DNA of 64,000 nucleotides, taken from the IMG/VR virus record IMGVR_UViG_3300005259_000074, positions 160,001-224,000 of that record; one strand, written 5' to 3'. The translations under genes and the position numbers were made by a program. Below, piece after piece: positions 15,142 to 22,643 of the stretch; position 1 is the first letter of the stretch, and every line of letters begins with the position of its first letter. Under the pieces are notes generated by a model, which was not told where the DNA came from, ran no database searches, and saw nothing but the letters and a program-made list of their open reading frames with translations. The stretch comes from a virus (Duplodnaviria; Caudoviricetes).

Positions 15142-15216
15142 TGGTATCCCGTGTCGGTATCGATCCGACTTCCCCTGGATGAAGGCCAGGCATCCTAGCC
15201 AGTAGACGAACGGGAC
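15142..15216 (-). tRNA. tRNA-Glu(TTC) with C33
   Basis: CCTGG-CC TTC AT-CCAGG; CCA end. Confidence 0.82.
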
Positions 15217-15379
15217 AAATGTGAATGAGATGTCTCGCGACATACCAGTTGCAAGCAACTGTCTCACTCATATTCAATGATCACCGGCTTCCGATCTCTC
15301 GTCCGCCTAATCCAATTATACACCACGTGGTGAAAATTGTAATAGGACTTTCGAAAAATCTTCGACCTTTCTTTCGAAC

Positions 15380-15454
15380 TGGAGCTGGTTCCCGGTGACG
15401 ATCCGAGGTCTGTGGGATACGAATCCACTGCTCTACCATTTGAGCTAAACCAGC
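15380..15454 (-). tRNA. tRNA-Thr(CGT)
   Basis: TT CGT AT loop; CCA end. Confidence 0.82.
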
Positions 15455-15625
15455 ATCATCTTCTAAAACTAAGAAGCCCTGCTTTTCTGCAGGGCCCGTT
15501 CTAATCTTCATCTTTGATTTCGAACAGACCCTATGACGTGACTCCTTCAGCCGCATCAAACATTGCGGTTTCATTTTTCTTATCTGTCATCACGTTCATC
15601 ATACGAATCATTCCTCTTCACAGTC

Positions 15626-15633
15626 TATTTATA
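15626..15633 (-). promoter_or_regulatory. T4-type late promoter TATAAATA heading the tRNA cluster
   Basis: Exact consensus on the minus strand. Confidence 0.6.
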
Positions 15634-15786
15634 CTGTGTGCTATGAAGTTTTTGAACTGTCTGCCGAGAAAATGTGAAAATTCTTTTACCCCTATATAAG
15701 GTATAAATGAAGAAATGAAGTTATCGCAGGATGTTGTTCATTACCAACGAGTTATAAGAAAAATGAAAGAAAATGATGAATTCTGC

Positions 15787-15819
15787 TGTACATCCTCCCT
15801 TATGGCGTTATATTAGACT
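15787..15819 (+). promoter_or_regulatory. Early-type promoter TGTACA-N16-TATATT
   Basis: 21-bp identity with 756-776. Confidence 0.72.
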
Positions 15820-15863
15820 ACATAGGGAAACCAACAACGGCAACCCACAAATGGAGAACAGCG

Positions 15864-16022
15864 ATGAAAAAGAATCCGATTGCAAAGAAGCCTGTTAAAC
15901 AGAAGACACCTTCTCTTTCAAAGTTACAGAAGATCAATGACAAGCGCATACACGATGCGTGCGAGATGGATCCCGCTCTATGTGATGATGCATTCTGGGA
16001 TAATCTCTGCAAGACATTATAA
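15864..16022 (+). CDS. Small protein, possibly BrnA-N-like (52 aa)
   Basis: Hand-translated MKKNPIAKKPVKQKTPSLSKLQKINDKRIHDACEMDPALCDDAFWDNLCKTL; ggaga SD. Confidence 0.55.
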   Translation: MKKNPIAKKPVKQKTPSLSKLQKINDKRIHDACEMDPALCDDAFWDNLCKTL

Positions 16023-16038
16023 TAAGTGAGGAAACTCC

Positions 16039-16461
16039 ATGAAGACGACGGTCGTCAAATACGGCCTCCAAGACATAGAGACCGGCAAGATAGTGGGAGT
16101 CACTGAACGTACCGCGTCGACTCCCGAGGAGGGGAACAGCATCGAGTACCAGCTTGACACTCACGGAGGAGAGCGAGAGTGGCTAGTCGACTCAGCGGAG
16201 CACGCTGAGTGGGTGCGTCTCAACGACACCGCGTATTACAATTCAGGTTACGACACTCCTCAGCACATGGGATTGCGCCCCGAGCAGTTGAGAGTCATCA
16301 GAGTCAAGAAGGTTGTCGAGGTCACACCCGTCGAGGTGAAGATACCGACGAAGCTCGAACTCTACCGTAAGGTGTACGAAGAGGGCGTGACGATAAGGCC
16401 GGGCGGCTTCCTCATAGCGCCGACGGGCTGGGTCACCTCGCTATGTTGGAAGCTAACATAG
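16039..16461 (+). CDS. Hypothetical protein (possible -1 frameshift near 16386)
   Basis: ORF track; the -1 frame stays open to 16529. Confidence 0.6.
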   Translation: MKTTVVKYGLQDIETGKIVGVTERTASTPEEGNSIEYQLDTHGGEREWLVDSAEHAEWVRLNDTAYYNSGYDTPQHMGLRPEQLRVIRVKKVVEVTPVEVKIPTKLELYRKVYEEGVTIRPGGFLIAPTGWVTSLCWKLT

Positions 16462-16531
16462 ACGATTACGAGCCGTTGTACTGGGACTATGTGCAGTACT
16501 ATAGAGACGTCGAAAAGAAGAGGATCTGAAC

Positions 16532-16852
16532 ATGCTGAAGAAACTCAGTAGAAAGAAGATTACATCTGGTTCGATCAGCGAAGTTGCAGATATCTTGACT
16601 GAATTCGCTGGAAAATATCCGAAATTCCAGAAAGAGTTAGACGATTTCATCTGGTCAAGGGGATCTTACCAGACACCTGATGTCGCAGATGACGATCCTG
16701 CTCTGATAGATGAGACCAAGAAGACCAACAGAGAAACTATAGTCAGGCGCATTTCAGAACTGACGTCGGCAGAAGACAGCGAGAGATTCCGCACTGCGCT
16801 AGCGAAATACATCGCGAATAAGAAATCACACGAAGGACTAGAGGAAAGTTGA
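16532..16852 (+). CDS. Hypothetical protein
   Basis: 106 aa; resembles the next gene (KYP.L/FQK.L..F). Confidence 0.65.
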   Translation: MLKKLSRKKITSGSISEVADILTEFAGKYPKFQKELDDFIWSRGSYQTPDVADDDPALIDETKKTNRETIVRRISELTSAEDSERFRTALAKYIANKKSHEGLEES

Positions 16853-16853
16853 T

Positions 16854-17219
16854 ATGTTGGAAGAAAAGTGGGTTGAATTCCTTTACAAGTTGTACGAGAA
16901 ATATCCACAACTATCAAAAGATCTCCACGAGTTTGTTGTGCCGAAGGGACATTTTGATGATCGGATAGCGGCTGCTGGTCAAGATCTCGATAAAATGACA
17001 GCCGCAAAGAAAGCGAACCAAGAGGATTTCGTCAATTTTCTCGCATCAAAGACGTCACAGGATGAAGCGGAAGAATTCAGGAGGATCTTAGAAGAATGCC
17101 GCGCAGCTAAGAAAGTCCAGAAGGAACTCTTTGAGAAAAAGTGGGAAGATGAAAAGGAAAAGAGAAGCCACTGCTACAAGGCTGATGACTACATGAAAAC
17201 GATAGGACGAGATGAATAA
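16854..17219 (+). CDS. Hypothetical protein, paralog of 16532-16852
   Basis: KYPQLSKDLHEF...KK.NQE...S.E.AEEFR. Confidence 0.65.
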   Translation: MLEEKWVEFLYKLYEKYPQLSKDLHEFVVPKGHFDDRIAAAGQDLDKMTAAKKANQEDFVNFLASKTSQDEAEEFRRILEECRAAKKVQKELFEKKWEDEKEKRSHCYKADDYMKTIGRDE

Positions 17220-17430
17220 CCGATGAGCAATCACCCAAGACGACGAGAACGGTGTCGCGTCATTATGCGACAACTGGCCTATATTGGGAGAAAGATCAGA
17301 TAAAAAGTGCTACTATTTTGAAGAGTCCGGTGATTTAATTCACTGTGAATACGAAGGGAAAGGATGCTCTTGCCTCCATGAGAAAGCGCTGAAAGAAGCG
17401 CTTGCGATGCACAGAATGAACGTGATATGA
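17212..17430 (+). pseudogene. Cys-rich family member with in-frame TGA at codon 5
   Basis: MNNR*AITQDDENGVASLCD...AMHRMNVI aligns to MFRGVISEDINGGREVLCD (19207). Confidence 0.5.
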
Positions 17431-17448
17431 ACTGCGAAAGAACTTCAA

Positions 17449-17649
17449 ATGATCATCACGACTGAAGAAGAGTACGAAGCTGCATTGAAGAGAGTCGAGA
17501 GCCTGTGGGTTGCCGAAGATGGCTCCTCTGAGGCCGACGAACTACACTCTCTCGTCCTCGCGATAGAGGAGTGGGATGACGAACACTATCCCATAGATCC
17601 ACCTACAGCCGAAGCGGCGATTGAGTTCAGGAGAGAACAAGAGAAGTGA
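17449..17649 (+). CDS. HigA-like antitoxin N-terminal domain only
   Basis: TEEEYEAALKRVESLW...EADELHSLVLAIEEWDDEHYPIDPPTAEAAIEFRREQ; stops where the HTH would start. Confidence 0.8.
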   Translation: MIITTEEEYEAALKRVESLWVAEDGSSEADELHSLVLAIEEWDDEHYPIDPPTAEAAIEFRREQEK

Positions 17650-17945
17650 ACTTGGAAGTGGTTTCTTCTCCAGTTGAATATTCGAAGCCGTCGTGGAATG
17701 ACACGGTTATCCGGGATTCTAACGGTATGTACTGGATCATCGATAGTACAGCCCCGGGGAATTCTTTTTGTAAGCAGCGCCAATGTAAGGATGATGGGAC
17801 GGAATTTGATAAGTCGACTATCGCTCGGACGGGGTTTGCGCGCCCGACGCACGAACTTTTAGCTGATCTGGGAAGAGGAAGAATTATGATTTGTGAGAAG
17901 TTGACGGCGGAACTCAGATTGCTGAAGAAGATAGATGGAGTCTGA
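17646..17945 (+). CDS. Hypothetical protein
   Basis: ends LLKKIDGV. Confidence 0.65.
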   Translation: MNLEVVSSPVEYSKPSWNDTVIRDSNGMYWIIDSTAPGNSFCKQRQCKDDGTEFDKSTIARTGFARPTHELLADLGRGRIMICEKLTAELRLLKKIDGV

Positions 17946-17948
17946 TAG

Positions 17949-18380
17949 ATGCGTATGAAATTGAGATTCTTACGCGAGTGGCAGAGCATCAATGACGCAA
18001 AAAGAAGTCTCTTAAATCAGTTACGACATAACTGGGAACCCTCTAAATGGCCAGAAGGAGTCGAGGAAGCCGTCCTCGAGAAGCTCAAGAAGTTTCCAAA
18101 CTGCGACGGTTGGATCACCATGTATTTCCTCTCGACGGCGTTCTTCGTTGTATGCGCTCTGATATTCTCAGTGCCTTTTCTCATTGGCGTCCCAGTGCGG
18201 TCAGGAGCGGATCGCATGACAGTTGTCTTCTTCATTGTAACGTTGACGACTATATCAATCTTCATCGTCAGCTCTATATTCATGATCGTGAAGAACACCC
18301 GGGCTGGCCAACAGATGTTGAATCAAGCACGCGAAAATCTACAAGACGGATTGTTAGATCATAAATTAGAGGAACTATGA
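17949..18380 (+). CDS. Membrane protein
   Basis: Two TM segments; ends DHKLEEL. Confidence 0.65.
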   Translation: MRMKLRFLREWQSINDAKRSLLNQLRHNWEPSKWPEGVEEAVLEKLKKFPNCDGWITMYFLSTAFFVVCALIFSVPFLIGVPVRSGADRMTVVFFIVTLTTISIFIVSSIFMIVKNTRAGQQMLNQARENLQDGLLDHKLEEL

Positions 18381-18670
18381 ACAACAAAGTCTTCAGAGGC
18401 GTTAAGACCGAGATGCTAGAAAAGAAATTTCATGCCGAACTGAAGAAGATGAATATAGAAGAAGAATGCATATGTGAGATAGTATTCACAGATATGAAAG
18501 ACCCTCGCTACATATTCATGACAGAATGTTGTGGTTATAGAAACAACAATTTCAGTGGACAGTGTATGTATGTCATCGATGATAGGCTTTCGATGAGGAT
18601 ATGCAATCATCCCAAGCGTGAAAAATTCATGCAAGAGACTTGTCTCTTAGTTGCGATGGAGAGGATATGA
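18377..18670 (+). CDS. Cys-rich hypothetical protein
   Basis: ends LVAMERI. Confidence 0.65.
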   Translation: MNNKVFRGVKTEMLEKKFHAELKKMNIEEECICEIVFTDMKDPRYIFMTECCGYRNNNFSGQCMYVIDDRLSMRICNHPKREKFMQETCLLVAMERI

Positions 18671-18960
18671 ATCATTTTAAATATCCCTGCGGTGTAACAT
18701 TCATAGAAAAAGCGGCGATGAATTCGCGGTGTTCTTTTTCATGTCCTCATGTTGCGTGTGAGAAATATCCTCGTCATAATGAATGTAATTCAAAGGCGTG
18801 GTTAAATTGGATCATGACATCAAGGTTAGAAGAAGAACTTCCAGGAGCCGACTATTTCATCGGCGTAGATAAGTGCGGACATCCGTTAAACGAGAAAGTG
18901 AAAAGACATTCTCTACTTCTGTATGAGAATCTGGTGAAGAATACTGCGAGACAGAAATGA
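18667..18960 (+). CDS. Cys-rich hypothetical protein
   Basis: Start at the ATGA overlap (18667). Confidence 0.6.
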   Translation: MNHFKYPCGVTFIEKAAMNSRCSFSCPHVACEKYPRHNECNSKAWLNWIMTSRLEEELPGADYFIGVDKCGHPLNEKVKRHSLLLYENLVKNTARQK

Positions 18961-19205
18961 AGAATGCTGTAAGACATTATGAGACACACTCAGTATCATG
19001 CAAGTCTAGTGTTGACTGTTTCGTGTGCAATTATAATGTCATTGGAGAGTGTCTCTATAGAAAAGAAGATAGTAAACACAGATGTCAGTATGTTGGAAAG
19101 TGGTTCTTCAACAGAGGAGAGTGTTACAACAAGAGTGCAATAAATGAGGCTTTTAAAGAGAAAGCCACTGAGGTAAAAGTGTTGAGACAGATGGAGAAAA
19201 TCTGA
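18957..19205 (+). CDS. Cys-rich hypothetical protein
   Basis: ends LRQMEKI. Confidence 0.65.
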   Translation: MKNAVRHYETHSVSCKSSVDCFVCNYNVIGECLYRKEDSKHRCQYVGKWFFNRGECYNKSAINEAFKEKATEVKVLRQMEKI

Positions 19206-19206
19206 T

Positions 19207-19458
19207 ATGTTTAGAGGTGTGATAAGTGAAGACATCAACGGCGGGAGGGAAGTCCTCTGCGACGGAGAAGCTTTCACCGAAGATGATCCTCGCTACTTCA
19301 TGTCTCAAGAACAGTGCGGCTACTTTGAGGAGAACCGTGAAGGTGATTGTTTCCACAGGTACAGGAAGGACCCAGGTGATTGGTGGACGTGCATCCACCC
19401 TCTCCACCGCTCGCTCGCTGAGGATACTCTGATCGAGATACGACTGGAGGGGATATAG
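19207..19458 (+). CDS. Cys-rich hypothetical protein
   Basis: MFRGVI...LCD...DDPR...WWTCIH; ends IRLEGI. Confidence 0.7.
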   Translation: MFRGVISEDINGGREVLCDGEAFTEDDPRYFMSQEQCGYFEENREGDCFHRYRKDPGDWWTCIHPLHRSLAEDTLIEIRLEGI

Positions 19459-19748
19459 TGTTTAAAGGCGTCATAGATCTGAGCATCAATAGTGAGAGGA
19501 AAGTATTCTGTGATAGCAATGCATTCTCTGGAGATGACCCTCGTTCTAAGTATCCCGAATCTTCGACTCTGTGCAGCCACTATAACGCGGGACCCGGGTT
19601 TGGCATTTCTTCTAAAGGATCTTGGACATGCATTCATCGAATCCAACGCTGCGATAAAGGGTGGGGCATGTGCGATCACCCGGATGCTAAAGATCTTGCA
19701 CTGACTACAGAAGAAGCTATACTAGAAGATAAACTGGAGAAGATATAG
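19458..19748 (+). CDS. Cys-rich hypothetical protein, paralog of 19207
   Basis: MFKGVI...FCD...DDPR...SWTCIH; ends DKLEKI. Confidence 0.7.
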   Translation: MFKGVIDLSINSERKVFCDSNAFSGDDPRSKYPESSTLCSHYNAGPGFGISSKGSWTCIHRIQRCDKGWGMCDHPDAKDLALTTEEAILEDKLEKI

Positions 19749-20068
19749 TGTTCAAAGGGACTCTCGATCTCGACTACACTCACCTCAGCAGTAAAGAAAT
19801 AGATGAAATAACTTCGTTGGCGTCGCCAGTCTTGTGCGACAGGTATTTGTTTGTTGGGGTTGACCTTAGGTCACAACTGATGGACCATGAGTGCGAGTGT
19901 TATGAATCAATGATGTCTCCTCAAGGATCAGTAAGTTGTCGTCATTTAAAGAAAATTGAATCTAAAATAACAGGCCCGTGGCGAACGTGCACTCGACACG
20001 ATGCACGACAGCTAGCTAAACATCAAGACGACGAGTGGAAAATCTTACTGAAATTGGAGAACATATGA
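19748..20068 (+). CDS. Cys-rich hypothetical protein, paralog
   Basis: MFKGT...LCD...WRTC; ends LKLENI. Confidence 0.7.
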   Translation: MFKGTLDLDYTHLSSKEIDEITSLASPVLCDRYLFVGVDLRSQLMDHECECYESMMSPQGSVSCRHLKKIESKITGPWRTCTRHDARQLAKHQDDEWKILLKLENI

Positions 20069-20343
20069 AACCTCCTTATGTTCCGATGTTAGAAGTTGAC
20101 ACTATCGTCGATGTCGGTTATTCACTCAGAAGATCGGGAGGATATTTCATGGTGACGAGTATAATAGGAAGTCACTATGAATTCAGGCGGTGCACTAAGT
20201 CCGGCAACAGATTTTTCAAGTATCTGATGGAACACGAATGTGAAGTAGTCGACCGCTTGATCGTCGACGGAGACAATCTATTGCACGTGATGGAAGAAGA
20301 GACGAACGAGTACAGACTCAACAAGAGGCTCCAATCGCTGTGA
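20065..20343 (+). CDS. Hypothetical protein
   Basis: Start at the ATGA overlap; ends KRLQSL. Confidence 0.6.
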   Translation: MKPPYVPMLEVDTIVDVGYSLRRSGGYFMVTSIIGSHYEFRRCTKSGNRFFKYLMEHECEVVDRLIVDGDNLLHVMEEETNEYRLNKRLQSL

Positions 20344-20630
20344 AGATAGAACACAACATGGTGGTGAAGTGCGTCAGAGGAGGGGGCGGCCAGAGCGAAT
20401 GGAAGAACTGGGGCACTGCACTGTATGTAGTGAAATTGACGAAAGAGAAAGGACACTGCTTTCTCGAGAAATGTGAGAGTAAGTTTAAGAAAAATTTCAA
20501 GATAAAAAGTTGTCGAAGTTATAATCTCAAGGTGAAAACTGTAGAGAAGTTCATAACCGAAGGTTCTTTCATTGTAGAAGAGAAGCTGTCAGCTGACTAC
20601 AAAATCTTCTTAGAACTGGAGAAGTTGTGA
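20340..20630 (+). CDS. Hypothetical protein
   Basis: ends LELEKL. Confidence 0.6.
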   Translation: MKIEHNMVVKCVRGGGGQSEWKNWGTALYVVKLTKEKGHCFLEKCESKFKKNFKIKSCRSYNLKVKTVEKFITEGSFIVEEKLSADYKIFLELEKL

Positions 20631-21073
20631 CTGTATTTGAACACAACAAAGAAGCAAAGAGGGTTAGAGATAGAGCTATCACACTCATGAAAGAATGTGA
20701 AGAAGCTTGGGAGGATAATCTCTTGTCAGCGCAAATAGCCATGTACATCTTAAACTATCTGTTAAAATACCTCAAACAAGAATCGGCTCTTGTCGCTGAA
20801 GTCAAAGACTGCATTATCATGAGCGCGATATTCACCGTGCAGATACTCAACTTATTGACGATCATCTATCCTAGTTCATATGATAGTGTTTCCTTTTACA
20901 TTTTTAACACGTTGCAAGTAGTATTGTTGATAATCTTGATGAAGTATTCTACAAAATACAGTCAAACACTGCTCGTGTTGAAGACTGTGACATCTGAGAA
21001 TGATGACAAACTGAACGAAATCACAAGCAGTATGAGAGACATAATAGCAGAAAATAAAATAGAGAGAATATGA
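20627..21073 (+). CDS. Membrane protein
   Basis: TM segments; ends NKIERI. Confidence 0.6.
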   Translation: MTVFEHNKEAKRVRDRAITLMKECEEAWEDNLLSAQIAMYILNYLLKYLKQESALVAEVKDCIIMSAIFTVQILNLLTIIYPSSYDSVSFYIFNTLQVVLLIILMKYSTKYSQTLLVLKTVTSENDDKLNEITSSMRDIIAENKIERI

Positions 21074-21165
21074 ACTCAATGAATGAAAACATATTACAAA
21101 TACAGGAGACGTATGATATAATATAATACTTGTGAATTGAACTATGAAATAAAAAATCAGGAGAG

Positions 21166-22017
21166 ATGATGCCAAAGAAATTGAAGTACGATAGGAACAA
21201 ACAATCGGACATAGTTCAGTCTCAACACGCGTACAATCCTATCGACATATATGTCGAACAGATTGATAGACTCACTAGTTCTGAAGACTTGATCGAGAAG
21301 AATTTAAGATTCGCGCTGAAAGAAGCTCACAAATACAAGAACAACGGCATGGATCTCGAAGATCTTATTCAAGAAGCGAACAAGGGTCTCGTCGTCGCAG
21401 CCGAAAAGTACGATGCGTCGAAAGGTCCTTTCCTGCACTACGCGAAGTTCTACATCCGTAAGTTCATCTTAGCCACATTGACCACGACGAATGGTTCTGT
21501 GTCTGAAGCATCGGGCCACAAGTACGCGGTGCGGATGATAAAGCGGACTAGGCAGAACTTGGTAGAAGCGGGGAATCTAAATCCGTCGATCAGCGATATC
21601 GCAGCTGCCTGTGGAAAGTCAGAACGCCAAGTGAAGTTCGCACTATCGGGCCAAGTGCAGGGTATAGTTAGGCTTGACATGCCGGTCGATCATCACAGCG
21701 GTGACTGTAATAGAGACACCCACGAAGTCATATCTCTAGACAATCTCGATGCCAATGCCGACGGATATGGCTACAGCAGCTCTCCGGAGATGACCGCGAT
21801 GGCAGCCGACCGAAGGGCAATCCTTACTAAGATGTTCTCAGAGTTGCCGGACCAGGAACGAGACGCCGTCATCAAACGCCTCATCGAGGGAAAGACTCTT
21901 CAAGAGATAGCGGAAGAACACGGTATGACAACGACTGGAGTCAAGGGTATCGTGGAACGAGCGGTATGTATGCTCATGGATGCGGCTGAGAAGTACAAAC
22001 AAGAGATGATAGCGTAG
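21166..22017 (+). CDS. Sigma-70 family RNA polymerase sigma factor
   Basis: Region 2 NLRF...DLEDLIQEANKGL..AAEKYD...F..YA; region 4 LPDQER..I......TLQEIA..HGMT. Confidence 0.88.
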   Translation: MMPKKLKYDRNKQSDIVQSQHAYNPIDIYVEQIDRLTSSEDLIEKNLRFALKEAHKYKNNGMDLEDLIQEANKGLVVAAEKYDASKGPFLHYAKFYIRKFILATLTTTNGSVSEASGHKYAVRMIKRTRQNLVEAGNLNPSISDIAAACGKSERQVKFALSGQVQGIVRLDMPVDHHSGDCNRDTHEVISLDNLDANADGYGYSSSPEMTAMAADRRAILTKMFSELPDQERDAVIKRLIEGKTLQEIAEEHGMTTTGVKGIVERAVCMLMDAAEKYKQEMIA

Positions 22018-22045
22018 AACCTAAATAATAGGAAGGACATCTAAG

Positions 22046-22582
22046 ATGGGTAAGACTTACGAGAAGGCTCAGGAGAGGGACATCAAGATTATCGACGACG
22101 TCATGACGAGGAAGTATCCAGACCTCGCGTCTCACAAACTCAAGGTTGGATTCCTCTTCGTATACGGCATCGAAGGAGAAGAAGGGGTCAAGCCCCCTCT
22201 AACCAAGGATGGCGTAGCTCTTGCTGCGACTATCAGGAACTTGACTCTCAAAGACCGCCTCGCTAAAGGTTACGACGTTGAGATCGTCGCTGACGGCGAT
22301 CACTGGGTTGAGATCAACGACAAGAGAAAAGAAGCGCTGATCTACCATGAACTCGGCCACCTGAAGATCAAGAGGAAAGCCGTCAAGAACAAGAAAACTA
22401 AGGAGATCACTGAGGAAGTCGTGTACGATGACCTCGGGAGGCCGTGCTTGAAGATGCTCCGCCACGACCTCAATTTCGGCGGCTTCCGCCACGTCATGGA
22501 GGAGTACGGTGAGGACTGCGAGGAGTACCAGCTCTTCCAGCAGACCGCACAGCGAGTCAAAGACATAGTCAAGAAGACTTGA
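22046..22582 (+). CDS. Phage putative metallopeptidase
   Basis: EALIYHELGH plus downstream HD. Confidence 0.72.
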   Translation: MGKTYEKAQERDIKIIDDVMTRKYPDLASHKLKVGFLFVYGIEGEEGVKPPLTKDGVALAATIRNLTLKDRLAKGYDVEIVADGDHWVEINDKRKEALIYHELGHLKIKRKAVKNKKTKEITEEVVYDDLGRPCLKMLRHDLNFGGFRHVMEEYGEDCEEYQLFQQTAQRVKDIVKKT

Positions 22583-22594
22583 TCGATTTAATTC

Positions 22595-22634
22595 GCCGCT
22601 CGCTGGAGAACAACCCTCGTCTCCAGCGAGCGGC
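22595..22634. terminator. Strong hairpin, probable terminator
   Basis: 14-bp perfect stem GCCGCTCGCTGGAG/CTCCAGCGAGCGGC. Confidence 0.55.
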
Positions 22635-22643
22635 TGATCCCAT

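Noticed and set aside
11605-15574. ORF-track proteins over the tRNA array (e.g. 11748-12035, 12498-12899, 12797-13030, 14665-14862, 15281-15574)
   Set aside because: They overlap tRNAs or structured RNA and have no recognisable protein features
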